The position numbers and the translations under genes are program-made. The notes below the pieces were generated by a model that had not been told where the DNA came from, searched no databases, and saw only the letters and a list, made by a program, of their open reading frames with translations. From Eremomyces bilateralis CBS 781.70 (lineage: Eukaryota), in assembly GCA_010015585.1 (NCBI GenBank), contig ML975166.1: a stretch of 59,090 nucleotides of DNA. One strand, given 5' to 3'. Positions 11,901 to 25,900 of the stretch are shown here, in pieces (positions within the stretch are counted from its first letter, which is position 1; every line of letters begins with the position of its first letter).

Positions 11901-13615
11901 ATGGCCCAGGACTATGTGGACTATCTTGCAGGATCGGTGCTGAATGACCGTCGACCGGTATGAGTCGAAGTTTTCCTGTGTGTGTCAACTGAAAGCTCAT
12001 TGTGTAGGTGACATATCGTTCGCTGAGCCGAGCACTTAAAGTCCATGTCAACATTGCCAAGCAGTATGAGTTCAGTCCTATGTCTAGGAGTTCCTGCTGA
12101 CATGCCGGTGTAGAATGCTATACGAGTTCCACAGAGCTCAGAATGGAAGACAGCCTGGATCGGTCCATGCCACATATCTAATTTCCGGACTGAGACGTAT
12201 CGATGAGCCAGCGAAAACCAATGGCAGCCACCCTGATGGGGATGATGTGAAGATGGCGGACAGCTCCTTTGCGCACTCAGAGATGAGTGAAGGACCTTCT
12301 CAGCAGCCGGAGACGTTGGTAAAGGCTGTCCAGGTTATCCCGGAAGAGAAGCTCGAAGGTAAGCATGCCTCGGCGGGGAGACAATTCAAGGCAGGGGACT
12401 GAGCGAAGCTCTAGAGATTCAGGGGCTCTTCTCAACTATCAAAAGCCTGCATTTATACAGCCTGGAACCTAATCCAGTGAAGGTAAACATGTTATCCGAA
12501 CTTGGTCATAACCGACTCATAAAATTAGGACCTTGATACCCTTTCGGACTGCAACAGGATAGCGAGGCAAAATGGCGAAGCTGAGGATCCTCTGACAAGC
12601 TGGAAGCAGTATGGTGTCATCCAAAACCCTCTGGCAATTGTAAGTCTATACGATTCATCCGAGACTATCGATACTGATAAATGAAGCGTCGAACGCGCCA
12701 GAATGCCCTATCATCGACCCCTTCAGCTGATAATCGGGAGAGACCTTCAGCTACTCCAAGATTGTCACAAGGCTCGGTGAAGGCGGGAGAAGGATCTAAA
12801 CTCTCTTCCAACAGCACCAATTCCACCAGCACACCGAAGCCTCTGGCAACGAAATCCAAGCCAGCTCCGAAGACGGGTTCGTTAGGCTCCCTTGGGCGCG
12901 GAACTTCGAGTCTGTCTAAGGCTTTCGCGAAAGCCAAACCTAAAACTGTACCCGAACCGGTCAAAAAAACAGAAGATGGTACGTTATCAACGTGGTGGTA
13001 TAGAATGAGTGACATTCTAACGGCTGTTTAGAGCCTATGATGGATGCGTCAGAAGAGGAAGACGATGAAGCCGTTCTGTTCGACGACCATGGCAAATCGA
13101 ACGAAGATGCTATGAAAGAGCGAGCTGCACGCCAGGAGGCCCTACTCACGATGATGGAGGATGACGACGGTAAGAGTGGAGTGGCATTGAGCCAAAGTTG
13201 CGCTGATCCCTTCCTAGACAATGTCGAGATGCAGGACGCGAAACCGGAGGTTGACTCGCCTGCATCCGCTGCACCGATTGACTCGGCTGCCGAGTCCCAG
13301 CCAGAACAGCCAAGCACGGAAAGTCCTACGATGGAAGGAGGAAAGAAACGTAGTAGAAGACGGGTGACTAAGAAAGTGACATCCAAGGATGAGGAAGGAT
13401 ATCTTGGTATGTTATTGAACGGTTCAAAACTTTGATGGTGCTGATGGTTCCGGATAGTGACCAAAGAGGAGCAAGTATGGGAATCCTTCTCGGAGGACGA
13501 ACCAGATCCTCCCAAGAAAACCAAGCAAGCGCCCGCTCCACCTTCAGCGAAAACAAAGAAGGGTGGCCCTAAAGCTGGACAGGGGAATATCACGTCATTC
13601 TTCAAGAAACAGTAG
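11901..13615 (+). CDS. POL32: DNA polymerase delta subunit 3 (Pol32/Cdc27); multi-exon
   Basis: VTYRSLSRALKVHVN.AKQMLYEFH...HATYLISG N-terminal domain; RRRV.KKVT.KDEEGYLVTKEE..WESFSE; C-terminal PIP box QGNITSFF. Confidence 0.93.
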
Positions 13616-13849
13616 CTGGAGGCTACTGTGCATGCAATGGCGAACACAATTCAAGGCTTGTGAATGCAGCACCATCAATCTCATAGCGGGCATACGCATA
13701 CGCTATACCTGACGATGGAGAGCTGTAGAAGATAGCCATAATAATGTATACAATCCTCGTACATTTGTCCCTTGAACTTTGAAATTGGATTATTTCATTG
13801 GGCCTTACTACGCAACCCCAATTCCCAAGAACTGACCCGGAACATTGCG

Positions 13850-13889
13850 TCCTGACTGTCCTGACTGTCCTGACTGTTCATACTGTTCA
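13850..13889. repeat. 9-bp tandem repeat (CCTGACTGT) upstream of URA2
   Basis: Three exact copies plus a degenerate one, visible directly. Confidence 0.8.
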
Positions 13890-14452
13890 GGCTTCAGTTC
13901 CGTTGCAGCATTTGGTCTACTATGTACAGATGGGATCAAATCCGACATGGGTCTTCCCTGCACACTTGGATGGGTTTGATTGGTCAACAGACATTGGCTG
14001 ACAACCATTGGTGGATGACCCTTGTAACATTGTCAGATCCAGGCTACAAGGCATCCAGGCACCCCTCACCGATCAACGACACCATCGAATCTTTTTTCTG
14101 ATTTTCGGAGATTTTCTCGTTCCATTCCTCGTTCGCCGCTTGCTTTTCCCAATTGTGTCCTGCTATTCTGCCAAAAATCGTTCTCTCTTCTTTCATCATT
14201 GGCATTGATCTGGACAGAAACAGCACGATTGTGGGATCCATGTTGCTGCTCACGCTGTTTGCTCGCTCCAGATTACCATCACGGTAATTCCTCTCTCTAC
14301 CCCACCGCTTACTTGCTGGAGGCTGCCTACCTACATCTGCACTTCTCCCTTGTCGCAATATCATCGACGCCATCACCGTATCCTCCCCGACTCGACCTAC
14401 GAATCCATCTGGGAATCGAATCCTATTTCCCACTGCGAGCCCCGACCTCATC

Positions 14453-17400
14453 ATGATTTCCGAAATTGGCCCTCCGATGGCGCTCGAGCTGCAGGATGGG
14501 TACATGTGTCAGGGGACCAGCTTCGGCGCTGAGAAGAGCATCGCCGGCGAGCTGGTTTTCCAGACCGGCATGGTCGGCTACCCTGAGGCCTTGACCGACC
14601 CCTCATATCGAGGCCAAATCCTGGTCATTACCTTTCCTCTGGTGGGCAACTACGGAGTGCCATCCCGCGAAGATCAAGACGCCCTCCTCGACTCCATACC
14701 AGCCTATTTCGAATCCTCGGAGATCCATATTGCGGGATTGGTGGTGTCTTCATATGCCGGCGAGCAATTCTCCCATCACCTGGCACACTCGAGCTTGGGA
14801 ACATGGCTCAAAGAGCATGGGGTCCCTGCGGTCACGGGCGTGGATACCCGAGCACTCACGAAACGGATCCGAGAAGAGGGTAGCATGTTGGGAAGATTGC
14901 TGATCGCGAAATCTTCACCCCATGGAGCCGATGCAGAACTGGACGATCATCTCAACAGGGATTCTACACCTCTATCATCGAACGGCGATGAGACGGAGCA
15001 TTGGCGCACGGGGTTCGAGACCCTACCTTGGGATGATCCCAACAAGAGGAACTTGGTTGCTGAAGGTATTTTCCACCTGCTGTATTTTACCCGGACCATT
15101 GGGCTCATTCGTATATATAGTGTCCATAAAGGAACCAAAGTTATTCTCCCCGCCCTCCGATGATGCGTTGAAGCATCAAGGGCGCAATGTTCGTGTGATA
15201 TGCGTCGATGTAGGATTGAAGTACAATCAAATCCGATGCCTGGTGAAGCGCGGCCTCGAGGTCAAAGTTGTCCCATGGGACTATGACTTCTCCTTAGAGC
15301 AGTTCGATGGACTCTTCATTTCGAATGGACCGGGTGACCCTGCCATGATGGAGGGTACCGTCAAGCGTATTGCGCAAGCCATGGAACTGGCCAAAGCGCC
15401 GATTTTTGGCATCTGCTTAGGCCACCAGCTCCTTGCTCGCGCAGCAGGTGCCAAGACTACGAAGATGAAGTTTGGAAACCGTGGTCACAACATTCCATGC
15501 ACCAGCTTGCTCTCCGGAAGGTGTTATATCACCTCGCAAAACCATGGATACGCCGTAGATACCGAGTCCTTGACGGGCGGGTGGGAAGAGCTATTCGTCA
15601 ATGCGAACGACGGTAGCAATGAAGGGATCCGGCATGTCAACCGCCCGTTCTTCTCAGTCCAATTCCACCCGGAACATGCCGCTGGCCCTCAGGATACCGA
15701 GGATCTCTTCGATGTGTTTGTCAACGCCATTACCCAATGTCTCGCCGATAAATCAGCGTTGTCCAAGTCGGTCGAGTTCCCCGGACTCACGCTCCAGGAG
15801 AACGAGAAGCTCCACCCTAGAGTGGAGGTGAAGAAAGTTCTCGTCCTCGGCAGTGGAGGGTTGAGCATTGGACAAGCTGGCGAATTCGATTATTCCGGAA
15901 GCCAGGCGATCAAGGCGCTCAAAGAGGAGGGCATCTACACCATCCTGATCAATCCGAACATTGCCACGATTCAGACCTCCCGAGGCTTGGCAGACAAAGT
16001 CTACTTCCTCCCGGTCAACGCCGATTTTGTTCGCAAAGTAATCAAATACGAGCATCCTGATGCCATCTATGTCACCTTTGGTGGCCAGACAGCGCTGCAA
16101 GTGGGAATCCAATTGAAGGATGAGTTCGAGGAACTTGGAGTCAAAGTTCTCGGCACGACCATCGATACCATCATCACGACCGAGGATCGGGAGTTGTTTG
16201 CTCGAAGTATGGAGTCCATTGGCGAGAAATGCGCGAAGTCGGCATCGGCCAGTAATACCGACGAGGCCTTACTAGCGGTCCAAGACATCGGATATCCGGT
16301 GATCGTCAGAGCTGCCTATGCACTGGGCGGATTAGGAAGCGGCTTTGCCGAGAACAAAGAGCAACTCGTGGACCTGTGCGATCGTGCATTCGCTGCAAGC
16401 CCGCAAGTCCTCATCGAACGCAGCATGAAAGGCTGGAAAGAGATCGAATACGAGGTGGTTCGAGATGCTCGAGACAATTGCATCACAGTGTGCAACATGG
16501 AGAACTTCGATCCCTTGGGAATTCACACGGGCGATTCTATTGTCGTTGCCCCGTCTCAGACCTTGTCAGATGCTGACTACAACATGCTGAGAACGACCGC
16601 TGTCAACGTGATCCGGCATCTTGGTGTGGTTGGAGAATGCAATATCCAGTATGCCCTGAACCCTGATTCGAGGGAGTACTGCATCATTGAAGTCAATGCC
16701 CGGTTGTCCCGTTCATCCGCACTCGCATCGAAAGCCACGGGATATCCTCTTGCATTCATTGCGGCCAAGCTCGGATTGGGCATTCCATTGAACGAAATAT
16801 CCAACTCGGTGACGAAAGTCACATGCGCCTGCTTCGAACCGTCGCTCGATTACGTGGTGGTCAAGATTCCTCGATGGGACTTGAAGAAATTCACTCGGGT
16901 GTCCACTCTCCTTGGATCCTCGATGAAGAGCGTGGGTGAAGTTATGAGCATCGGTCGAACCTTTGAGGAAGCCATCCAGAAGGCGATCCGTGCTATTGAT
17001 GGCCACAATCTAGGATTCAATGAAACCAGCGCCCTGATGAGCATAGACCAAGAGCTCCAGACCCCATCCGATCAACGCCTCTTTGCCATTGCCAACGCGA
17101 TGCATTCTGGCTATTCGGTGGACAAGATCTGGGAGATGACCAAGATTGACAAATGGTTCCTGAGCAAACTGCAGGGTCTCAGCGACTTCGCGAAATTTAT
17201 GTGCAAGTTCAACTCGAAGACGATTTCGCCCAACACTTTCCGCCAGGCCAAAGAGCTCGGATTCTCCGACCGACAACTGGCCAAATTCTGGTCTTCAACT
17301 GAACTTGAAGTCCGACGCGCCCGGCTGGACTATGCAATAACTCCCGTTGTCAAGCAAATCGATACCGTCGCTGCAGAATTCCCGGCCCAAACCAACTATC

Positions 17401-20088
17401 TTTACCTCACGTACAACGGAACGGAGAACGATGTTCAATTCACTGACCGTGGCATCATGGTGCTTGGGTCGGGTGTCTATCGAATTGGATCCTCAGTCGA
17501 ATTCGATTGGTGCTCGGTGAGAGCGATCCGCACGCTTCGTGAACAAGGATTCAAGACGGTCATGGTCAACTACAACCCCGAAACCGTCAGCACCGATTAT
17601 GACGAAGCCGATCGATTGTACTTTGAAAATATTACACTCGAGTCGATCCTGGACATATACGAGCTGGAGAACTCGAGCGGAGTCATCCTTTCCATGGGAG
17701 GCCAAACGCCAAACAACATTGCTCTTCCGCTACATCGCCAGAACTGTCGCATTCTCGGCACGTCCCCGGAGATGATCGATACCGCTGAAAATCGGTACAA
17801 GTTCTCTCGCATGCTTGATCGGATTGATGTCGATCAACCGGCATGGAAGGAACTAACCAGCATTGATGAAGCCAAGGATTTCTGTAACATGGTGTCCTAT
17901 CCTGTGTTGGTCCGACCTTCTTACGTCCTGTCTGGTGCAGCGATGAATACGGTATATTCCGAACACGGCCTCGCGAACTACCTTCAACAAGCCGCCGATG
18001 TATCAAGAGATCATCCGGTTGTGATCACGAAGTACATTGAGAATGCCAAAGAGATCGAGATGGACGCCGTTGCGCGAAATGGAACCATGGTTGGCCATTT
18101 CATCTCCGAGCACGTTGAGAACGCTGGAGTCCACTCCGGAGATGCGACTCTGATTCTTCCACCGCAAGATCTGGACCCAGAAACGGTGAGGCAGATCGAA
18201 GACGCCACGAGGAAGATCGGAAACGCTCTGAATATTACGGGACCTTTCAACATTCAGTTCATCGCGAAGAACAACGAGATCAAAGTCATCGAGTGCAATG
18301 TGCGCGCCTCAAGGTCATTCCCCTTCGTTTCGAAAGTGATGGGGGTCGATCTCATCGAAATGGCTACGAAGGCCATGGCGGGTCTGCCACTGGTTGAGTA
18401 TCCGCCTGTCAACCTTCCGCCGGACTATGTCGGTGTAAAAGTCCCGCAGTTTTCGTTCTCTCGACTGTCAGGTGCCGATCCTGTTCTGGGTGTGGAGATG
18501 GCATCCACAGGTGAAGTTGCGAGCTTTGGTCGAACCAAATACGAAGCGTATCTCAAGGCGCTTATCTCCACAGGATTCAAGCTTCCGGAAAAGAATATTC
18601 TGCTGTCGATCGGATCGTTCAAGGACAAAGTGGAACTGCTACCATCCATTGAGAGTCTGCACAAGATGGGCTACACATTGTTTGCGACGGCCGGAACCGC
18701 CGATTTCATTGCTGAACACGGAATTCCCGTCCGATTCCTCGAAGTCCTTGGAGGACATGATGCGGACCAGAAACCGGAATATTCGCTGATGCAGCATCTT
18801 GCCAATAACCTCGTGGATCTATACATCAACTTGCCTTCCAATAACAAGTTCCGGCGACCGGCAAGTTACATGAGCAGAGGCTATCGAACCCGGCGGATGG
18901 CTGTCGACTACCAGACACCTCTCGTGACCAATGTGAAAAACGCGAAGATTCTGATCGAGGCATTGGCCAGACACTATGATCTGGCGATTAGCAAAGTCGA
19001 CTTCCAGGAATTCAATCCGGCCCCGACAACAGAGACGATCATGACACCACCGCTTCTCACCAAGCAGGTCTCATCTCCGTCCCTCTCACAGCTTCTTGCC
19101 AAGTCGAACTTCCGACAAAAGAATATCATCTCCGTCAACCAGTTCACTCGCGCAGACCTACATCAACTTTTCACAGTTGCTCAAGAGATGCGAATCGGGG
19201 CGTTACGAGACGGTTGCCTCGATGTCCTCAAGGGTCGAGTTCTATGCACCATCTTCTACGAACCCAGCACCCGCACATCCGCGTCATTCGATGCTGCCAT
19301 GAAACGGCTTGGAGGTGAAGTCGTCGTCCTCCACGAGATCGCATCCAGCACCAACAAAGGCGAGAGCATATCCGATACGATTCGCACGTTGGGATGCTAT
19401 GGTGATGCGATTGTTCTGCGACATCCTGACGAGACCAGTGTTCATACCGCCGCCCAATTTTCCACGGTACCCATCATCAATGCCGGCAACGGTAGCAAGG
19501 AGCACCCAACTCAAGCCCTCCTGGACATCTTTACGATCCGTGAGGAGCTTGGAACCGTGAACGGACTCACCATCACCTTTGTTGGCGATCTGAAATATGG
19601 TCGTACGGTGCATTCACTCTGCGAACTCCTGAAGCACTACTCGGTGTCTGTTCAACTTGTCTCACCACCGGAGCTCTCCCTTCCAGCTTCCGTCCGCGAA
19701 AATCTCGTATCTCGTGGACAGCTGGCGGGTGAATACACGGAGCTGAGCCCTTCGGTCATCGCTGAAAGTGATGTGCTGTATTGCACGCGCGTGCAGAAAG
19801 AGCGCTTCGAAGATCCGGAGGTCTACAACAAGGTCAAAGATGCATTGGTTGTGGACAACAGTGTGCTCAAGCACGCAAAACCCAATATGATCGTCATGCA
19901 TCCGTTACCGCGTAATCGGGAGATCGCCGAGGAAGTCGATTTTGATCCGAGGGCAGCATATTTCAGACAGGTGAGTCAGGACTCTACTGCGTGGCAGAAA
20001 TTTGCCGGGGACATTGCTAATGAATGTGCAGATGCGATATGGTCTCTACTGTCGGATGGCATTGTTGGCCTTGATTCTAGTGCCATGA
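14453..20088 (+). CDS. URA2: Multifunctional pyrimidine biosynthesis protein (GATase-CPSase-ATCase), lacking the pseudo-DHOase domain; introns 15066-15120 and 19971-20031; ~1839 aa
   Basis: [26 protein letters not shown] and FHPE (GATase); two ATP-grasp CPS halves ([32 protein letters not shown]); ATCase [17 protein letters not shown]; last exon [12 protein letters not shown]. Confidence 0.97.
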
Positions 20089-20237
20089 AAAGTTACAATG
20101 AAAGGTTTCAGCGCATAATTGTAGAATCGTTAGTGTGGATATACTTAGTCATGGCCCGAGAATGCTTCCCTGAGATAGCATCAGGGAAGTGTAGAGCGTG
20201 GCCACGGATCGCGCCAGAAGGAATATCGATGTTCGCA

Positions 20238-22508
20238 TTATAGAAGATCGTACACTGCGTCTTCCTCATTCCTCTCGACAAGCGCCCCGAAATCAAGCTT
20301 CATCAAGAGCTGATCAACGCCTCCACTCTGATCGGGTTGATAGGGCCTTCTACTTGGGTCATCCACTTCAAATCCATCAGATTCTTCCGTATTTGTTCTC
20401 AGCGTGCTGTGATCCAATTCCCGCAGACGAACCAACAAAGCCTTCATATCCCCGTCCAATCTTTTGCGTGATCGATCTAATTCCAGCTTCACAGTTGTCT
20501 CCTCGTGTTCGTAATCCATGAGAGCGTCAACGACACCCTCATCTGACTCCAGATCCAAAGCGGAGCGAATCAACGCAAGTCGCGTGAATGATCCGGTCAG
20601 TGCTTGGATATTGGCAAGAAACGAGCGCAAGATACCGGTAAAGGCGGGATCGGTGATTAGGAGCGATGTGCAAAGGGAGGATATAAAAGTTCGATGGGCG
20701 GATGCAACAGATTCAGGGTCATGCGAGCGTGACCCAGCATTCCCCGTATCTTGCATCGACGTCTCGTGCTTATCAGACCCTGCGGACACGAGAGAGAGAT
20801 CCCGCATTGCTGACATTGCGTTCTCCCCGTCTGGCTGGCTCCTTTGGATCCAGGACCTGAATTGAAGCCAGCTATTTTGCACCACTTGCCCCTCGAAATA
20901 CTCGCCGAGTTCAGAGAGCAAAAGCACACCCGCAGAGCACGTGGCCCAAACTTTTCGGCATTCAAGTCGTCGTTCTCGTTCTCGTTCTCGTTTTTGTTTC
21001 AGGACTCGCCGACCATAATCGGTATTGCTGCGAGGCGGGCCCGTTGGTGCTGGATGATCTCGACGAAGCAACGTTTGACGCCAGAGCTGGGAAAGGTGCA
21101 TGTGTGCTCGACGGATTGCTAGAAGGTAGGCATGGATTGAAGAATATTTTTCCACATCGGACGAGGTGAGGAAGAGGTCCAGGGGAGAGGGGATAGAGAG
21201 AGTGAGTTGTACGGGGATGGAGAGAAGCATATCGTAAAATGAATGGTGTGTGTTCTTGATTCCATGATGAGACGTCGAAACTTGAGAACGGTTGCTGCTC
21301 ATGTTTAGAGAGAGAAGTTTCCGGCCAAGGTCGAAGATGGGGTCTGAGGCATCCGAGTCATCTGTCATCGAAAGAAGAGTCGACCAGGTGCGAGCAAGAA
21401 CTGAAGATATCTCCCCTTCTGTAACCATCAGACTCTTCAGGCTCGTGTCCTGCGTTGTTGTTGACCGGTTTGACATTTGTCTTCTCTCTTCCATGCACCG
21501 ATCCGCTTCCGATATTAGACAGACGGCGAATTCACCTCTTCCTAACAAGAAAAATGCCGCCATCAAATCGAGCAGTTGTAAGATTCGTGGAAGAGGGAGC
21601 AGGTAACGTAATGTCTTTTGAGAAAATGTCTGCCGTATTCTATGGATCGCGGCAGAAAATTGACTGGATGTCAGTGGGCATTGCAGAGTGGACAAGACCG
21701 ACGCCTGGTTTGGTAGAAGGGAGATATCAGCAACGCTGGAGTTTGCCATGAGTTTTCGTGTTTTGATTAGGTTCAGAGATCTTCCAACGAGGTGTATAGA
21801 CGCAGCAACATCCTCGTCTACGAAATGTGGAAGGTGATCAGTGTGAAGATGGAACTCCGTTTCGCCGTTTTCAGTATTCGCCGTGATGAAGAAGTCATAA
21901 GTAGCACCTTTCGATAGATTGCCATACAACAGCCATGAAGATAACTGTCGAAGCCAGGCTCTTTCGGCAACACCTCGTAGGTCTAAGGCTGCTTGCTCAA
22001 TGTCGAAATACCCGGTACTCGTCTCCCGGCGTAGTCGGTTGATAATGGAGGATGCCGTGCAGCTTTCCTTCGGCTCCTGCTTTGGGGCGAGCATGAATTC
22101 GGCAATCATACAATACCACGACATCAACCCCTGCCATGGATCGAATTCAGCAATAATTCCGGCCAGCGGGACGATATCGTATGCTCCAACTTGCGACGCA
22201 TCCTTCCGTAGGATCTGCTCCTCCACCAAGAGGATTTTCCTTTGGAAACGAGCAAGATGGACGGTGCTGATGCACGTTGCCACAGCACGACAAACAAGCG
22301 AAGGGTGTGTCGAGGATATTTGGTGACAGAATTGTCGTGTTTTGTTGTGCACCTCCGCTAAAGTGCCGACAGACGAGAGAAGGGAGCGCTCCGTTGACGA
22401 GAGTGCAGGGAACGGTGTTTGATGATCAGGCGTTGCCTGTGGATCCTGGTTCTCGTAGAATAGAGGAGATGGATGGCCAGAAAGAGCAAGTAGAATTTCG
22501 TGAAGCAT
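20238..22508 (-). CDS. Gamma-tubulin complex component GCP4 (Gfh1-like)
   Basis: [16 protein letters not shown]-terminus; [28 protein letters not shown]...D...YS.I..YLL.IRR; C-terminal LL.KLDF. Confidence 0.85.
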   Translation of the reverse strand: MLHEILLALSGHPSPLFYENQDPQATPDHQTPFPALSSTERSLLSSVGTLAEVHNKTRQFCHQISSTHPSLVCRAVATCISTVHLARFQRKILLVEEQILRKDASQVGAYDIVPLAGIIAEFDPWQGLMSWYCMIAEFMLAPKQEPKESCTASSIINRLRRETSTGYFDIEQAALDLRGVAERAWLRQLSSWLLYGNLSKGATYDFFITANTENGETEFHLHTDHLPHFVDEDVAASIHLVGRSLNLIKTRKLMANSSVADISLLPNQASVLSTLQCPLTSSQFSAAIHRIRQTFSQKTLRYLLPLPRILQLLDLMAAFFLLGRGEFAVCLISEADRCMEERRQMSNRSTTTQDTSLKSLMVTEGEISSVLARTWSTLLSMTDDSDASDPIFDLGRKLLSLNMSSNRSQVSTSHHGIKNTHHSFYDMLLSIPVQLTLSIPSPLDLFLTSSDVEKYSSIHAYLLAIRRAHMHLSQLWRQTLLRRDHPAPTGPPRSNTDYGRRVLKQKRERERERRLECRKVWATCSAGVLLLSELGEYFEGQVVQNSWLQFRSWIQRSQPDGENAMSAMRDLSLVSAGSDKHETSMQDTGNAGSRSHDPESVASAHRTFISSLCTSLLITDPAFTGILRSFLANIQALTGSFTRLALIRSALDLESDEGVVDALMDYEHEETTVKLELDRSRKRLDGDMKALLVRLRELDHSTLRTNTEESDGFEVDDPSRRPYQPDQSGGVDQLLMKLDFGALVERNEEDAVYDLL

Positions 22509-22713
22509 GATTGGAGGTCTGGTTGTGTCCGTACCTACGATATCATTGATGGGACTCCGTATGGTATGGAACGGCTGGTTGCATCACGGACGCAAGCAAC
22601 CTATTTCTCCTAGTCTTGGATGCGATTCCGCGAAACGGAGTCAGGATAATTTTCGAACATTCAGGACTTGAGGTGAGATTTTCAAATCATCTTTTCGAAT
22701 ATGCCAGTTGCGC

Positions 22714-22739
22714 ACGCGTGTCCAGACTCTCAAACGCGT
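22714..22739. promoter_or_regulatory. Two MCB elements (ACGCGT) upstream of GCP4
   Basis: ACGCGT at 22714-22719 and 22734-22739, ~210-230 bp upstream of the ATG at 22508. Confidence 0.55.
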
Positions 22740-22950
22740 GAACCGAACCGCAATTAATCGAGCGAAGACAAGAAAAAGCGTGGTGTTGATGAACAGTCTG
22801 AGTGATAGCTGTCTGGTGAGCCATAACAACCATCCCGCACATGTCCCCCTTCCAGTATTCCACGTCTCTTGTCAGCGTCACTAATAGAGAGAGTCACAGA
22901 CTGAATTGATCGTAGAGAATGTACATCTTGTTGAGTGGACACTTTACAAA

Positions 22951-25900
22951 TCATGGCGCATCCGGCCTATACTCCGGGTCCACTTTACTCTGCTTAAACA
23001 AACTCTTCCCACGAAGCCACTGCCGGTAGGCCTTATATCGTTTTTTCGCTCCGTCATCCCCCCTCACTGTCAGCGGATCATCGGGCAAGACAAGATAATC
23101 ATGGTACTCCTCCAACACCTCCTCATCGGGCTCCCAAGGTCGCTCTTTCTGCCAACGCGCAGCCCCATTGTCCATTTCCTCGTCCGTGATATTTATGCCC
23201 AAGGCATTTCGACCCAGCATCGAGCCTGACGCAAGATCGCGCTTGAGATCTTTTCCGCCCACGTAGACCATAAAGTCTACCAGACTGCTATCTTCGCCGA
23301 ACTCACCGGACTGAATAAGTGCGGCAAGTTCCTCCGAACCGGGCAATTCATTGCCCACAACCAGGGGCAGCTCCAAGGGATGTCGTACATATTGATCGTA
23401 TTCTTCTGCTTCGGCGGCACTGACAGTGGGATTGAGACTGTGATGGTGGAACTGATTCAGGGTCCATAAGTGCTGAAGGGTTTTATCTCCAGGTGGAAAG
23501 GAGCTTGACAAGGAGTTCGATGTACCCGTTGTGATCGAAGAGTAAGGGACAGCATCATGGCTGGAGGCAACCGGAAGAGATCCGATTGAGAATGCCGGGG
23601 CTGGGAGTGGTTGAGCCGATTCATACGGATTTAGTCGCGTGGGTTTGGACTCTCGGATGATTCCTTGGCGAATTGGAGAAATTTCGCGAGGGGCGGATCC
23701 TGGGCGGGTGATGATGGACACGTCATCGCGTAGCGGATCAAAGATGGTGACGCCTTTTCGCGTTTTCTTGTCTGGAGTAGTCGGTCGCTCTGGGTCGGGG
23801 CGCCGTCGAGGCCGAAATGGAGACAGACCTTGGCGAGAATCTTGATGCCCTGTTCCTACCGAGGGGGCCCCAGTGCCAGAAATATATCGAGTGTTTACAA
23901 TCAGTCGATACGAGAAGACCTTCGCAAGTGACGATATTGCCAATGGACGATAAAATTCTAGCCAGTAATCGTCAACCTGCTCCGGCTGTATTTGATTGAC
24001 GTTGGACAGTTGGCGGAAGGGTACGGAGTGTGGTAGAGATCGTCTCTCAAGGAACTTTGGCGTATACCACTGGATATAGTTTCGCCTTTGAGCACGACTA
24101 TCATTCCACGATCGAGGATCTCGGTGATGCAGGTAGTAGTCGGATGCCAGTTCCCAAAGCATGGGCTGGCCTTGCGCGTAAATGTAGTTCCCAAGGAATA
24201 GGTTATATGCCTCCTGACGCTGTGCATCGATGAATGAGTTGTTGTAGTATCGCTTGAATGACTCCACCATATCCCGGGAGGAAGACTGCCATTGATTGAT
24301 TTTCCGATACGTGGACATGGTGTTGACCAAATGGGATCCGCCATATTGAACCGCGATGGTATCCCCGTGCTCGTGAAACATATTCGTGAAGATATCGGCG
24401 GCATCGGTTTCATATTCGACGGTCGGTTCCTCAATAATGCCAAGAGACTGCAGCTGTCTCCCGAACGCTCGTTTGCCAATGACCGACTGCGCAGCATTGG
24501 TCCGGTCCAGGCAGTCGATACAGTTGGTCCTCGCCACTCCGTTTTGGAGGCTCGGGTGGCCAACATTTTCACCACCGTTATGAAAGAATCCAGTTTTCGC
24601 CAAAATCTCCCCCGAAAGAATGTCCAGGGTCCCAATCACATCCTGGCCTCGCGTCTTGACCGCCCTACTCATGTCGAACGCCTTGTATAAGATCCTGTTC
24701 CCTTCCGGCAATGACTGGTTCAGATACCGTAGCGCACTTTCGAATTCATAAAGGAGTTTTGATTCTCGTGGCGTACGCTCTCTCGCCTTGATCAGATTGA
24801 CAGCATAGATTGGAGATCCATATCGTTCGAAAAGATTGTCAAAGTGAAGTGCCGCTGCTTCGTAGAATGGGTCGACGAGATTCAAGTCGATATCTGGTTT
24901 CGGCGTGACCCCGGTATTTTCTTGCGTCCAGTACAACGGAATGCTTCCACGGTGCTGAACGTAGGATGTATACGTGGGATTGGCAAAAAGTCGGGGTCCA
25001 GGGGCGTGGAAACTGGTAGTGATCATTTCGGAAACGATTTGCTCCGTCTCAACGTCGTTCGCCACATATCCAAGATCATTTGAACCGCGTTTGAGAAATC
25101 TTGCTCCAGCAAAGCATCGCGAACGCCTGGCGATGATGGTCAAGTACACCCTGCGACCGAACACGTTCAGGGAAGACTGCGCGATGAATCCATGTATCAC
25201 GGGCAGACACCAATCGAACGTGTTCTGAATGACACCTACTGCAGGATTGAGTAGATGACGATTCCAGACGAACATGTCGTTCCAGTCGTGCGGGTACGGT
25301 GTTTGGCCCTGAGCAAGGGCTTCTCGTTCTCGGATAATATTCTGCTGCAGGCTTCTGGTGATGTTGTAGGAGTAGCTGAAGTAAAAGTTGTTGTTCAAGT
25401 CAAAGTTATTGAGAATGCTCAAGTATCGGGCCTCCTCTGGGTTGCGGTCGCGCTGAAACTTCGAGGTCGAGCCGGTGGTGAGAGGTATCAACTCCGTTCC
25501 ATCCACTTGATAGATATAATGCCCTCCAAGCATGGCCACTTGAGTCCGCTTCGTGATGAGAAGCATGTAGTAAGCTTCAGTAAATCGAATGAAGCCCATC
25601 AGTCCCCAGCTGGAGCATTTCAGCTTCAGTCCACCGCTGGCCTTGTTTCCGTCATCGATGGCATTTAGCAGTTGGTTCATTTCGCGCTTGTCGTAAACTA
25701 TCTCATCCTCGAAAATATTGAGATGACCAGGCGGTGCTGTGCGATCGATTTTCAGGACGCGAAAGTGTCGGTCAAGGACGTCGCCCGCGACGAGATAGAA
25801 GCGCGTTGTCGTCTCGTACAAACTGAAACGGTGCATCTTGTGTCGGGCACTATCGCCAACTCTTTCATAGCCGGCACTTTTATTTCTCTGCATCGTTGTC

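Noticed and set aside
14922..20243. 1773-aa ORF taken as the literal URA2 protein, overlapping GCP4
   Set aside because: Its N- and C-terminal ends are intron read-through; the spliced gene spans 14453-20088.
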